In this document: positions 20,271 to 29,948 of the stretch, in pieces | Numbering within the stretch: position 1 is the first letter of the stretch | How the letters are laid out: the number at the start of each line of letters is the position of its first letter | Origin: a virus | Lineage: Duplodnaviria > Caudoviricetes | Strand: one strand, 5' to 3' | Virus record (IMG/VR): IMGVR_UViG_3300034061_006011 | Length of the DNA stretch: 64,000 nt | Translations under genes and position numbers: made by a program | Notes under the pieces: generated by a model | Databases searched by the model: none | Seen by the model: the letters and a program-made list of their open reading frames with translations, nothing else | What the model was told of the DNA's origin: nothing

Positions 20271-20901
20271 TTCAAAATCTCCTATTTTGTTTTCTTTCAG
20301 GATCAAACTGTTCTCACCTGAAAGAAACCGTTCCGCCCTTTAGCGGTGAACCCATTAAACCACAACCGGCTTAACGTGTCAAGTGTTTTTTTTCCTCGGC
20401 AAAACAAGCGTTTTTAACACTTGCAACTTCAGAATTGAACACGGTTGGCGTTGTGTTTTCACAAATCCACCCAAACCACACCACCATCAAGGACACCCTT
20501 AGTATACGAAAAACACCGAGGAAAATCAAGTACCTCTTATATATTGATATCATAGGCGCGCGCCCCCTTCCATCCACATTTTAGTATCCTAAACCCATCT
20601 TTAATTGATACTAAAATGTGAATGGGGATGGGCGGTTTTATACAAGTATAAAATCATATCAATCGTTTGATTCGATTCCTTCCATCCACATTTTAGTATC
20701 CTAAAGTTGTCTCAATTAGTTTTGCTCAAGTATCAACTAAGTCTCAATTGCGTTTTTTCAACTATCTGTAAAGGGGAAATTACATTTCATAATCATTCCT
20801 CCATCCACATTTTAGTCTCAATTAAAGATGTGCTTAGGATACTAAAATGTGGATGGAACCGGACAGTCTTATACTAATACAAAATCAATTCATTCGTTTC
20901 A

Positions 20902-20949
20902 TTTGATTCATTCATTTGATTCATTCGTTTGATTCATTCGTTTGATTCG
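20902..20949. repeat. Tandem 13-mers TTTGATTCATTC(A/G)
   Basis: Three full copies and one partial. Confidence 0.85.
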
Positions 20950-21068
20950 TTTCTTTCCCATCCACATTTTAGTCTACAAGAAGTGTAGCTTATTAAATAA
21001 CAATAAAAAAACCCACCTGAGATGTCTCAGGTGGGTGATGAATTTTAGATTGTTAGAGTCTTATTTGA

Positions 21069-21407
21069 TTACGATCCAACAAGGCTCTCATTCAATTCAA
21101 GATGCATTTCTAATGTGTCACCGGGACGCATACCACCCCGATAATCCAACTCTTTGAACTTCTGACAAATGATACCGAACAACTCATTCTTGATTCTGTC
21201 ATGCTCTTCAGGATCTTCTGAGAAAGGAATGGGAACATTCCAACTCTTAATACTACAAGGATCACCCTTGAGAAATAATTTAGATGCATTAAGGATTTCC
21301 CATCCACATGATGCAAGTGGCAATCCAAAGAAAATTTGCCTGTTATTTGTGTGCATTGTATAGACGTTACCGGATGGTGACCTATGGAAGTAGAATACTG
21401 TATTCAT
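21069..21407 (-). CDS. Hypothetical protein
   Basis: AGGAG-led start MNTVFY. Confidence 0.6.
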   Translation of the reverse strand: MNTVFYFHRSPSGNVYTMHTNNRQIFFGLPLASCGWEILNASKLFLKGDPCSIKSWNVPIPFSEDPEEHDRIKNELFGIICQKFKELDYRGGMRPGDTLEMHLELNESLVGS

Positions 21408-21475
21408 CTCATTCTCCTTATCGAGTACCCGACTTCCCACTGTGTTCCATCAGGTACTCAAATTGTATCAAACTA

Positions 21476-21805
21476 TCAACCACCTGTCAAGTACAAACCA
21501 ATTTCACTAACCAAACTCTCCTTAAGCGTTTTATATTCATCATCAATTTTGTCACAAAAGGCATTTTTCAATCTTGCATGTATCTGATTTATGTTTTCTA
21601 AAATGTTTTTCTTAGCGGAGCTGTCTTCTCTTTGAATAAAGTATTGAAACTTTGTCCAAAGATACTTTAATTCATCAACCATCCTCCTGTAATCCTTTAG
21701 ACTAAGATAAACTGAAGCCACTTCAGGCATCTTTAGTCTTTTACCATTCGGCAACACCAACCAACTACCATCTTGGTCATCTACAATTTCAATTTCACAA
21801 TCCAT
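21476..21805 (-). CDS. Hypothetical protein
   Basis: SD-led; promoter at about 21850-21880. Confidence 0.6.
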   Translation of the reverse strand: MDCEIEIVDDQDGSWLVLPNGKRLKMPEVASVYLSLKDYRRMVDELKYLWTKFQYFIQREDSSAKKNILENINQIHARLKNAFCDKIDDEYKTLKESLVSEIGLYLTGG

Positions 21806-21994
21806 TTTGTCGGTTCCTTTAATGTTATGACTCTCTGTTGGTCATAACACCATTATACCACACATTTTGTCTCTTGTCAAGCCCCTCATGTGCGTGTACA
21901 CGATATGTGCGTGCGGTATATGTGCGCCCGGTATATGCTAAACCACCGATAACAAAAAAACCCACCAAGTTTACCTTGGTGGGTCTGAGTTTAT

Positions 21995-22240
21995 TCAACT
22001 TACACGACATAAACGATACACAAATGGCTTGGTTCGACCCCTTTTGTCCTTGTATAAGTCCCTTTTCTTCGTGATCACAAGCGTTTCTTCGCCTACGTCG
22101 ATCTCTTGAGCATGTTTTCCACGCCCATAAGGGATTAGAATAGAGAAAATGTCGTCATTACCATTGATTTCATCGGTTATGACTTGTCGATTAACGCATT
22201 GGATGATATGGAACACCCGATTAGCGAATTCATTCATCAC
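21995..22240 (-). CDS. Hypothetical protein
   Basis: Overlaps the stop of the upstream gene (coupled). Confidence 0.55.
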   Translation of the reverse strand: MMNEFANRVFHIIQCVNRQVITDEINGNDDIFSILIPYGRGKHAQEIDVGEETLVITKKRDLYKDKRGRTKPFVYRLCRVS

Positions 22241-22479
22241 TTTTCTCCCTTATCTGTGAATTTTGTGTTCTCACAAGGGATGCAATTGTGAATTGTACCA
22301 TCTTCCATAACGAAATCTTGCACTTCTACAAGATCCTTCACATACGTTCTAACAGACGCACGGAACGTCTGCTTGTCTTTGTATAGTCCAAACCCTTTTC
22401 GGACAACAAAAGTAAACAGCTTCATCGTTTCCATCTTCAATTCCTCCATTGCAGGTGCGATTTGCTCCTGTTTACACAT
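22237..22479 (-). CDS. Hypothetical protein
   Basis: ORF track; promoter immediately upstream. Confidence 0.5.
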   Translation of the reverse strand: MCKQEQIAPAMEELKMETMKLFTFVVRKGFGLYKDKQTFRASVRTYVKDLVEVQDFVMEDGTIHNCIPCENTKFTDKGEK

Positions 22480-22860
22480 TGTAACAAAAATATTTTGTTA
22501 TGTCAAGAAAAATTTTCAACTAGGCGCATACATATTATTTCATACAACGTGCATATTGCACCTATTAGACACAAAGAGAGTATGAATATGTAATAGCGGG
22601 CGTTTGACCCGCTTCCTTTCCTATCCTTCACTTGGATAGGTTTTTTTATTTGTATAATGCTTCGCTCCATTATTTTCCACAAATCCCCATTTCATCCCAC
22701 CTTATAAAACCTGCCTTACATTATATCTACTTTTCTCAATCCTGATATGTGACTACTTTCCATATCATTTATGTAATTGGTTTGAAATAGTTTTAATTAT
22801 TCCATAAAAAAACCCCTTGGGGATTAGCCAAGGGGTTGATATGGATAGTGTTGATATGTG

Positions 22861-23190
22861 TTATTCTTCTTTAAATGGTAATTCTTTGTGGTGCCGAATA
22901 CGAAGGAGTTTAGATTCTGAATCGGTTAAAGAGTTATTGCAGACTACTCTAACTTCATTAAGTTGGAGTTTTTCCATCAACTCCTTTAATTGGATCTCTT
23001 CCGTTATTGGTTGTACCATTGCAAATGGTACATAGGGAAGATCATCTACTTCTCCTATCTGTGTCCCATTTGGTGTTTCATACTCCACCTGATCACCTGC
23101 AACGAACTCCTGAGACACGAACTTGTTGTCTTCAAATCTTTGGATAACAAAACCGTGCGTAATCTTATAAACCATCTCTTGATACTCCAT
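22861..23190 (-). CDS. Hypothetical protein whose C-terminus is a DUF932-derived patch
   Basis: SDSESKLLRIRHHK-like segment shared with 25755 gene. Confidence 0.6.
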   Translation of the reverse strand: MEYQEMVYKITHGFVIQRFEDNKFVSQEFVAGDQVEYETPNGTQIGEVDDLPYVPFAMVQPITEEIQLKELMEKLQLNEVRVVCNNSLTDSESKLLRIRHHKELPFKEE

Positions 23191-23353
23191 TTTGTTTTAG
23201 GTGAGTGACGACATGTCTTTCACCTACGACAATTGTAGCAGATATTTGGCTTGGTGTCAAGTAATTTTTTGTTTATGTTTTGTTTGTATTTACATAAAAA
23301 AAACCCCTTGGGGATTAGCCAAGGGGTTGATATGGATAGTGTTGATATGGTGG

Positions 23354-23968
23354 TTATGAGTATTGTGGACGATAGTTGCCGGTATGTGATTCGCCGGGGA
23401 ATCGTTCATTTGTGATACCATATTCTGTTGGACCATCTGGTTCCGGCAGATAGTCAGCATCTAATCCTCTTGCTTCTAACCAGTCAAGAGATTCCGATAG
23501 GTGTTTATCGTGTTGTCGTTTGCTTGCTTCATTCAGTTCTTCTGCAAAATCCTGCATTTCCTGTCTAATCTGATCGGCTTGTTCGCCATTTAGACATTCA
23601 TAAGACTCTTGAAGGAAGCTTTGATGATACCACCAACCACCTTCTTCTGCTCCTCCGTAGGACTGGTAGTGTTCATATAAAGATATGAACTTTGATGGTT
23701 GTTGAATTCTGTTTTGTGAATCACATTCGCATGTGTTCTTCTTGCCTTCGCATCGTTCACCACCGCCTTCATATTTAATACAAATTCCATCTTCATTAAG
23801 CTCAGGAGATTCGCATTCACATGTTTGCCAGTAAATTTCCTTATTACAATTTTGGCAAACATGTGGTGGTCGTTTGATTTCTTCTTCTCTGTTTTCTTCA
23901 CCGAATACTTTCTTCAGATTATACTTAGCGATGATTTTGCTGAATGATTCTGCTTTATACTTAGGCAT
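23354..23968 (-). CDS. Hypothetical Cys-cluster (Zn-binding) protein
   Basis: CQNC...CEC and further Cys pairs; start moved to GGAG-led MPKYK. Confidence 0.65.
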   Translation of the reverse strand: MPKYKAESFSKIIAKYNLKKVFGEENREEEIKRPPHVCQNCNKEIYWQTCECESPELNEDGICIKYEGGGERCEGKKNTCECDSQNRIQQPSKFISLYEHYQSYGGAEEGGWWYHQSFLQESYECLNGEQADQIRQEMQDFAEELNEASKRQHDKHLSESLDWLEARGLDADYLPEPDGPTEYGITNERFPGESHTGNYRPQYS

Positions 23969-24129
23969 CTTGATACTCCATTGGTTTGAAAGCAAGCCAT
24001 TTGCTTTCGTGGATGTATTGTATCAGGTATTTGGTTTAGTGTCAATGTTTTTTTTTGGTATTATGTTTGCATAAAAAAACCCCCTTGGGTGTTATCCAAG
24101 GGGGTTGATATGGTTGGTGTTGATATGTG

Positions 24130-24831
24130 TTATTCTTGTTCTTGTTTAAGTTGTTGTGAGTTATATTGTGCCCAGAGGAGTGGGCAATTGGTTTTAATCC
24201 AATTTTGTACTCTTGCGATTTCATCAAGACGATTGTGCCAATGTGATTTCATATAATCATTATCTTGATCGAAGGTATGTCTTCCTCTGGCATATCTTTC
24301 TGCACGTTGTTCTCCTGAGTCATGGTTCTCCATTTCGGAGTATGCATTATTGATCTGATCTTCGAGGTACTTGATGAAGTTTAGATTAACTTCAATCTCT
24401 CCGCACTTCCTTAGAAGTCTGAGTGTGGCATCTTCGAGCAACTTCCTTTCCTTTTCATTCTTAAGAAGAACGAAGTCAACCATTTGCATTAGTACAGCAC
24501 GTCCGTCAATTTCGTGGTCGTTAGCCTCATCGAACTTTTCCTTCAGACTTTCAAAGTCTGTAATTTCTTGAAGATAAGCAATAATCTCAGGGACTTCGTT
24601 GCTGTTGTGGAAACGGAGTCCTCGGCTGAGACTTTTGATGACATCTTCGATGTTTGCTTCTTTTGTAATTGTTCTACAAGAGAAGTTCCCACTTTCTGGA
24701 TCACCGTAATCATAATCTTCTACGATGAAGATTTGATGTTGAAATTTATCCTTAATCCTTTGAATTTCCTTGTTGATTGTCTCTTGATGGATATTGCGCT
24801 CTTCGATAGTCATTTCAGGCATATTAGGCAT
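24130..24831 (-). CDS. Hypothetical protein
   Basis: 233 aa; own promoter, hairpin, SD and terminator. Confidence 0.7.
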   Translation of the reverse strand: MPNMPEMTIEERNIHQETINKEIQRIKDKFQHQIFIVEDYDYGDPESGNFSCRTITKEANIEDVIKSLSRGLRFHNSNEVPEIIAYLQEITDFESLKEKFDEANDHEIDGRAVLMQMVDFVLLKNEKERKLLEDATLRLLRKCGEIEVNLNFIKYLEDQINNAYSEMENHDSGEQRAERYARGRHTFDQDNDYMKSHWHNRLDEIARVQNWIKTNCPLLWAQYNSQQLKQEQE

Positions 24832-25004
24832 CTTGATACTCCTTTGGGTTACGAGAGCAAGCTGTTTGCTTTCGTGAGTGCATTGTAACAGGTATTTGGT
24901 TTGGTGTCAATGTTTTTTTTTGTTTTTTTTGGTGTTTGTATTTGCATAAAAAAACCCCCTTGGGTGTTATCCAAGGGGGTTGATATGGTTGGTGTTGATA
25001 TGTG

Positions 25005-25232
25005 TTATTCTTGTTTGAATAGGTCTTTGAAATGATCTTTGAATTTATCAAAGTCTTCCTGAGAGAGACTTGATTCCCAATATTGTCTATTGGGATTTTC
25101 CATTGTTTCTTCTACTTCTTCGACAAAATTTATGTCTTTTAGAAGTTTGCTTATAGCAAAGTTTTCTTTATCGAGATCAGTGATTTTGTTTTCATTCATG
25201 TATTGAATGAATTCTTCTTTCGTCCATTCCAT
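25005..25232 (-). CDS. Hypothetical acidic protein
   Basis: Start moved to MEWTKEE. Confidence 0.65.
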   Translation of the reverse strand: MEWTKEEFIQYMNENKITDLDKENFAISKLLKDINFVEEVEETMENPNRQYWESSLSQEDFDKFKDHFKDLFKQE

Positions 25233-25754
25233 CTTGATACTCCATTGGTATGAAAGCAATCCATTTGCTTTCGTGGATGTATTGTATCAGGTATTTGGTT
25301 TAGTGTCAATGTTTGTTTTTCATTTCGTTAAACTTTTGGTTTATAGAATTAGTTAGTTCTCTTTTGATTGCCATAATTTCCGTATGTGTTGCATTCTTAA
25401 GATGCTCTTTGAGCATGATAAGCAGCTTGTCGATGTGGCTTTGTATTTGGATAAGTTTAATATCCTGTTCAAGTGAATAAGGCATGGGCGATCCTCCTGA
25501 TATGAAAGAGTTGATTAGAAAAGTTTCTGTTCATACTTTCCATTCTATATTCTAACCTATTTTCTCTTGTTGTGTCAATACCTCTTATTTTGGCTTATAG
25601 CTCATTTATTTCTTTCCTTGGGACTTCGGGTGATTATTAGAAGATAATCGTTTCTAGGTGGCGTTATGTAAAACTGTGAATGGGTTTATGTGATTGCATA
25701 AAAAAAACCCACACTGGTTTTTGCCAGTGTGGGCTTATGGTTTATTAAATTCGA

Positions 25755-26735
25755 TTAGTTAGCGACTTGGACGGCTAGGTCTAACGCCCGTTTGTTCATA
25801 TTAGCTGATTGACCGAACCAGAGGGAGGTGTATCGGTTATCAGGGTTTCGTCCGGCGTTGTGAGAGAGGTGTTCGGTGACTGCGTTGTAAGCAGACCACC
25901 AAGTACCTTCAGCGAGGTCAGATCCTACGCCGACATAGGCGAGGTCGGTGATTTCTTTGACACGGTTGAAGGAGCGGGTTGACATTTCGCCATCGGTATT
26001 GACATCAACGTCAAGGACTTTGATGACATATTCGACGAGATCCTTGTGGTTAACGATTCTGCTTTTGGCGAGGAATCGGTATTGTTCCATGGTGGCTTGG
26101 AACTCAGAGTTTGCGAGAACCATAATTTCTCGAACTTTGTCGAGAACTTCGGTTTGTCGTTTGTGGTGCCGAATACGGAGGAGTTTAGATTCCGAATCGG
26201 ATTTAGCTTGAGCTAATGTATTAGCACAAACTACACGGACTGGGGTGAAACCTGCACGGGTGGATTGAGTCCCGTCGAATGAAGTGGAAAGAAGGATATA
26301 GCGTTTAATCGCATCACCTTTAACGACTTCGGATTCTTCTTCATTAACTTTGCACATAGCAAAGATAACCCTACCTCCTTTGAGGACACCGGCGGTTTCA
26401 AAAGTAGCTAGACCTGAGTCAACAACAGGTTGAAACCATTGAAGAGCTTCACTTGGTTGAATTGGTTCCCATTGTGGACCAACTGTGCCGAGGTAAGCTT
26501 GATCGACATCACGGAGAACGCCGAATGAATCTTCGGTTGGTGTAAATTCTCCGTTTTCGTCTTTGCGGTAGAGAGGGGATTTGTAAACTCCCCAATCCAT
26601 GTTTGCGGCTTTGAGGAAGGACAGATAATTCTTAGTATCATCTCCTTCTACTTTCTGACCGAGTGAGTGCCAACCGGGTTGACCGGCGAAGGCGAAAGAA
26701 GCGACATTATTCCTGTTTTCGATATCGTGTGCCAC
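25755..26735 (-). CDS. DUF932/TIGR03299-family phage-plasmid protein
   Basis: PGWHSLG, FETAGVLKGG, STSFDG..STR..FTPVRVVCANTL, TWWSAYNAVTE, SLWFG; GTG start after GGAG. Confidence 0.8.
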   Translation of the reverse strand: MAHDIENRNNVASFAFAGQPGWHSLGQKVEGDDTKNYLSFLKAANMDWGVYKSPLYRKDENGEFTPTEDSFGVLRDVDQAYLGTVGPQWEPIQPSEALQWFQPVVDSGLATFETAGVLKGGRVIFAMCKVNEEESEVVKGDAIKRYILLSTSFDGTQSTRAGFTPVRVVCANTLAQAKSDSESKLLRIRHHKRQTEVLDKVREIMVLANSEFQATMEQYRFLAKSRIVNHKDLVEYVIKVLDVDVNTDGEMSTRSFNRVKEITDLAYVGVGSDLAEGTWWSAYNAVTEHLSHNAGRNPDNRYTSLWFGQSANMNKRALDLAVQVAN

Positions 26736-26857
26736 TGTCTGAATCTCCTTATAACTGTCGTTTCTGGGCGAAGTTGCCGTTGACGACAGGTGTATTGTAG
26801 CGTGTTTCGGTCGTGGTGTCAAGTGTTTTTTTTTATTTTTTTGGGGTTTGTGGTTGT

Positions 26858-27100
26858 TTAATTTTTTGGGAATTTTGGGGTAATTTCTGGTGAAACGTGG
26901 ATATCGTCCTTATCGTTGATGATATAGAACGATGCTGATATGGTCATTTTGTCTATGAAACCTTCTTCTTTTGTATAAACATTAACACGGAATCTGTTAT
27001 CGAATATATTGATTACATTTACATGGGAGAAGTTTGGTGGAGTTCCCAGTTGATCTAATACAAAGTCAGCGATTTCATTATTTTCTTCCTTGACCTTCAT
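26858..27100 (-). CDS. Hypothetical protein
   Basis: Start moved to MKVKEE; NIFDNRFRVNVY. Confidence 0.6.
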   Translation of the reverse strand: MKVKEENNEIADFVLDQLGTPPNFSHVNVINIFDNRFRVNVYTKEEGFIDKMTISASFYIINDKDDIHVSPEITPKFPKN

Positions 27101-27189
27101 GCTAATCTCCTTTTGATATGGCGAAGTTGCCATGGTGTAATTGTATCTTGTTAGGTGTTAATTGTCAATAGATAAAATCTGAAATAAAA

Positions 27190-27522
27190 TTATTTTAGAT
27201 TTGGGAAAATTCCATATTTTCTATCGCTGTGGATGGTAGCGGTGCCGTCATTTATAGCTTTCTGCATAATTTCTAGGCATTTATCTTTATCAAATTGTGG
27301 GTAATGGTGATATGGGTCAACTAGAATAGATTCTAGTGTAGTTTTCATTTCTATAAGTTCTTCGTAGCGGATATAGTCATCTTGGGACTGGAAAGCTTCC
27401 ATGAGAGCAATTCTTCTGATTGCTAGGGTATTTTCATGGAATGTGAAGTCAGTGTATCCCCAACCGTTTTTAGGAATCCAAGTTCTTAGACCTGTGGGGA
27501 TGCTTTTATACTTTGTGGTCAT
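27190..27522 (-). CDS. Hypothetical protein
   Basis: Start moved to MTTKYK. Confidence 0.6.
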   Translation of the reverse strand: MTTKYKSIPTGLRTWIPKNGWGYTDFTFHENTLAIRRIALMEAFQSQDDYIRYEELIEMKTTLESILVDPYHHYPQFDKDKCLEIMQKAINDGTATIHSDRKYGIFPNLK

Positions 27523-27778
27523 TCTATAACTCCTTTTATATGGCGAAGTTGCCATGTGTTTATTGTATCGTGTTTATTTTTGTTTGTCAATAGGAAAAAA
27601 AACCCCAGTGATTTTGGTCACTGGGGTTTTGGGTTTTATTGTTCTTTTATAATTTTGGCGAGTTTAGCTGATCTGGTATTTTGTCGTTTTGTTTTTTTGT
27701 TATTATGGATACCTGCACCTGAGAGGTGTGGTTTATGTCCTGTTGATATGTTGAGGGTATCAATTTTACCTATGATCT

Positions 27779-28108
27779 TCATATAACTCCTTTCAATTTA
27801 TATTCTTCTAGTGTTAGAAGACTTTGTTCATCCCAATTTTTTGGGAAGTTATCTTCTACTTTATTTACGAATTCTTGATGATTTTCGTCATTATCATCAT
27901 ATACTAGGCGTACAGAGTAATAGTAACCGAAATCATGTGGGTTACTTTTGATTGTGTAATATACGCCTTCTGGTTTTGGGAATTGTCTTTCTAGTTGTTT
28001 AATTAGAGTTTTTGCTTCTAATTTTGCCATAATTGAGTCATAGTTTGGTCCTAATTGTTGGCAATTTTCTTCATATGGGGTTGTTTCAAATTCGTAATAG
28101 TCAGACAT
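27779..28108 (-). CDS. Conserved phage hypothetical protein
   Basis: TPYEENCQQLG...KSNPHDFGYY motif; SD-led. Confidence 0.65.
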   Translation of the reverse strand: MSDYYEFETTPYEENCQQLGPNYDSIMAKLEAKTLIKQLERQFPKPEGVYYTIKSNPHDFGYYYSVRLVYDDNDENHQEFVNKVEDNFPKNWDEQSLLTLEEYKLKGVI

Positions 28109-28187
28109 TGTGATACTCCTAATTGGTTATCAGCAATCCGTTTGCTGATAAGGGTATTGTAGCGCAGATTAGAGAGTTTGTCAATGT

Positions 28188-28412
28188 TTAATTCATTTTA
28201 TTTACGAATCTTTTCCATCGTTTTCTGTAATTTTTATCAGATTCTGTCTCTTTTGAGACATTTTGCTTGCAGTTTGGGCAAGCTGAGTAATTGCTTGTTT
28301 GGTTTAATGGATTATAGGAGCCGTTGAATGGATTATGGGAGCCGATGAGATTTTCCCGGCAGAGGGAGCATTCTTGATAGATCGTTTGATAAATACTAAG
28401 TCTTAATTGCAT
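28188..28412 (-). CDS. Zn-ribbon-like protein, paralog of 29636
   Basis: CSLC...CPNC; shared SDKNYRKRWKRFVNK tail. Confidence 0.6.
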   Translation of the reverse strand: MQLRLSIYQTIYQECSLCRENLIGSHNPFNGSYNPLNQTSNYSACPNCKQNVSKETESDKNYRKRWKRFVNKMN

Positions 28413-28468
28413 TGTGTGATACTCCTAATTGTGGAAATGGAAAAGGGGGAGGGCGTGTCTCTTCAGGT

Positions 28469-28783
28469 CTAATCAACAATTGGTTGCTGATCGATAATCC
28501 TGTGAATCTCTGTGGAATCATATGAACATATCCTAGATATGAAACCTTGCAGTTCTACCAAAGAATATATCTTTGGTTCTTCTTCTTTAGTTGATAATTC
28601 ATTCCATGTGTGTACTCGGAATTGATAACAATCACCATCATTGGCAATTCTTTCTATCTTCTCGATAGAATAATTTTGACTGTCCCCAATATCAGCATTG
28701 GGGTTGTTTTCAATATTCTGCTTGAGAATATCCAGTTTGCTTTCCAACAAAGCAATTGCCAACTTGTGTGCAAAGTTATACAT
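28469..28783 (-). CDS. Hypothetical protein
   Basis: SD-led, own promoter. Confidence 0.6.
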   Translation of the reverse strand: MYNFAHKLAIALLESKLDILKQNIENNPNADIGDSQNYSIEKIERIANDGDCYQFRVHTWNELSTKEEEPKIYSLVELQGFISRICSYDSTEIHRIIDQQPIVD

Positions 28784-28971
28784 CTCACATACTCCTTCTT
28801 ATCGGCAGCCATTGCTGACAATGTATCATAGGTAGTTGAACGTAGATAAGTCAACTTTTGTGTTTACCTAATTTTGTTTATTTCTTTAATAATTTCTTGG
28901 ATAAGAAGGGGGGGAGAATGTGTCTTGAAGCACTCTCCCCCCCCTATTAGCACCTTGTTGGTGCTAATATA

Positions 28972-29325
28972 TCAAATTTCTTCTGCTGGTAGCTTGTCGA
29001 TGCATTCTTGGACAAAAGTTTCTCGTACACCGATTTCTCGGCAGACTTCTTTGATTGTTTGTTCGAGGTTTGGATTATCAACCAAAACTCCTGCCCTGTG
29101 ATTCTTTTCGCCTTGCCATTTGGTATCATGTCCAGCGGAAACTAAAAAGGTGTTTGTTCCCTTCTTCTTACGGATGCGAAGCCACCAGTCACGGGATGCT
29201 TGGCATTCGTACTCTCCTTCCCAACCTTTGTGGAACAGGATTACATCCCATTCGTTTTTATTGATTTTGACAGGTCTTCTGCCTGTCATGGTAACTGTGA
29301 GGCTATTGTCGTTCTTGGTAGTCAT
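28972..29325 (-). CDS. Hypothetical protein, paralog of 29949
   Basis: SLTVTMT...EYECQA...LPAEEI. Confidence 0.7.
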   Translation of the reverse strand: MTTKNDNSLTVTMTGRRPVKINKNEWDVILFHKGWEGEYECQASRDWWLRIRKKKGTNTFLVSAGHDTKWQGEKNHRAGVLVDNPNLEQTIKEVCREIGVRETFVQECIDKLPAEEI

Positions 29326-29426
29326 TTTAAGAATTCCTAACGTGAGTGATATTGGTCACTCGTCCATATCCCGGCGGGGCACACCGCTTGGGGAGAGTTT
29401 TAACCTGTGCCGGTGGTTTGGGTGGC

Positions 29427-29575
29427 TTAGACTGCGTTAAGCATCATCTTTGCCATTGTGGACAATTTGTGTTTGGCTTGGACTAAGGAATTCTCTAAGA
29501 ATTCCTTATTGTTTTGCAAGTCTTTAATATCCGTTTTCAGTTTATGTTCTTCCTTTTTGAGTTGTATAATTAGCT
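29427..29575 (-). pseudogene. 5'-truncated copy of the 30418..30744 gene fused to a promoter/leader
   Basis: Near-identical 3' half (IQLKKEEHKLK...KMMLNAV) joined at a broken leader hairpin. Confidence 0.6.
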
Positions 29576-29635
29576 TGAAAGCAATCCGTTTACTGATAAG
29601 GGTATTGTAGCGCAGATTAGAGAGTTTGTCAATGT

Positions 29636-29848
29636 TTAATTTGTTTTGTTTACGAATCTTTTCCATCGTTTTCTGTAATTTTTATCAGATTGTGTCTCTT
29701 TTGAGACTTCTTGTCTGCAATTGGGGCACATATTGTATTTGTTTGCTATTCCGTGGAATATTACATCGAAGCTTTTTGCTTCTGGTGAATTGATATCATT
29801 GTCTCTGCAAAGACTGCATTCTAGATCTAGGCTCATTTCTAAATACAT
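29636..29848 (-). CDS. Zn-ribbon-like protein
   Basis: CSLC...CPNC; start moved to GGAG-led MYLEM. Confidence 0.6.
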   Translation of the reverse strand: MYLEMSLDLECSLCRDNDINSPEAKSFDVIFHGIANKYNMCPNCRQEVSKETQSDKNYRKRWKRFVNKTN

Positions 29849-29948
29849 TTGTGTACTCCTAATTGTGTAAATGCAAAAAAAGGGGGAGAGTGTGTCTTGA
29901 AGCACTCTCCCCCTATTAGCACCAACGAGGTGCTAATATATCGTTGTA

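Larger units (their letters stand above)
14601..20979. repeat. Dispersed iteron-like repeat CCATCCACATTTTAGTATCCTA, 19 copies
   Basis: Forward starts 14601, 15515, 15571, 15627, 16068, 16593, 16650, 16707, 17636, 17703, 18419, 18992, 19059, 20570, 20682, 20801, 20958; reverse copies at 20607 and 20838. Confidence 0.9.

Noticed and set aside
29427-29666. Full-length 79 aa gene
   Set aside because: Its first half runs through a promoter; treated as a truncated duplicate of 30418..30744
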